DNA of 64,000 nt from Nitrospirota bacterium. GTDB taxonomy: Bacteria > Nitrospirota > UBA9217. A program made the translations under genes and the position numbers. Shown one piece after another: positions 63,600-64,000 of the stretch (positions within the stretch are counted from its first letter, which is position 1; every line of letters begins with the position of its first letter). The stretch spans positions 213,797 through 277,796 of the forward strand of contig CAWFSF010000003.1 of the NCBI GenBank assembly GCA_963818475.1. The letters are read 5' to 3'. Below the pieces are notes generated by a model. The model did not search any database, was not told where the DNA came from, and was given only the letters and a program-made list of their open reading frames with translations.

Positions 63600-64000
63600 C
63601 CCGACCCTATAGATTCCGAAGTGGAGTTCCTGATAAGCGTTCCGATATCCCTGATCTGAAGATCACGGTCCTTCTTCAGGAGCCGCGGCCGATGCACGAG
63701 AAATGATACGGAGAGAACACGGTCTTGCTATCCGAGCGGAAAAGGATGGGCAAGGATTTGTAGTGTCCCGTTGATCTATCCGGAAGCCATGAGAATTGCG
63801 AGAAGCACTTGAGCAGACGGCAACGCCGATCGGAATAAAGATAAATTCGCGCTGCCGTTCTGGCACCCAATCAAGGAGACGGTCTATGTGCGTGGATTTC
63901 AAGTCATTCGATACCAGTTTGCTCGTGCCGTACGTGGGGACATCGATCAGTTCGACAAACGAAACCTGCTCCGCATGCTCAGGCCCGAATCCGATCTCTG
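63600..64000 (-). CDS. 3' part of a hypothetical gene, frameshifted and cut by the window edge
   Basis: Protein-like segments EQVSFVELIDVPTYG..., QFSWLP...SPYHFS and DLQIRDIG in shifting frames. Confidence 0.35.

Overview
Chromosomal window from a moderately GC-rich bacterium; gene content suggests a Nitrospirota- or Desulfobacterota-like lineage (inference). Housekeeping genes are aconitase, galT, coaX, birA, nadC, valS, icd, Smr, dksA and katG. Four accessory modules are interleaved with them. (1) An ~8.5 kb island between valS and nadC carries a large RecD-like helicase-nuclease, a SWIM protein, an SSB-like orphan and a four-helix-bundle gene. (2) A Pil-Chp (type IV pilus class) chemosensory operon has no cheR/cheB and ends in an overlapping RomR-like polarity regulator. 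(3) A porin, a 7-heme cytochrome and a lipoprotein cytochrome with up to 16 heme motifs (several non-canonical) form a candidate electron conduit. (4) An unusual operon encodes a P-loop ATPase-wHTH-anti-sigma-kinase fusion, a STAS protein and a GAF-HD-GYP protein. Several families of short palindromic elements occur throughout: REP-like hairpins, MITEs with hairpin cargo, and 7- and 9-bp periodic arrays. Some sit inside valS, and others mark the domain boundaries of two four-helix-bundle (Avd/IVS-protein-like) genes. Many genes, including essential valS, carry single-base frameshifts that are most likely assembly errors. No rRNA, tRNA, CRISPR array, integrase or reverse transcriptase was seen. 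All family assignments come from motif recognition, not database searches.
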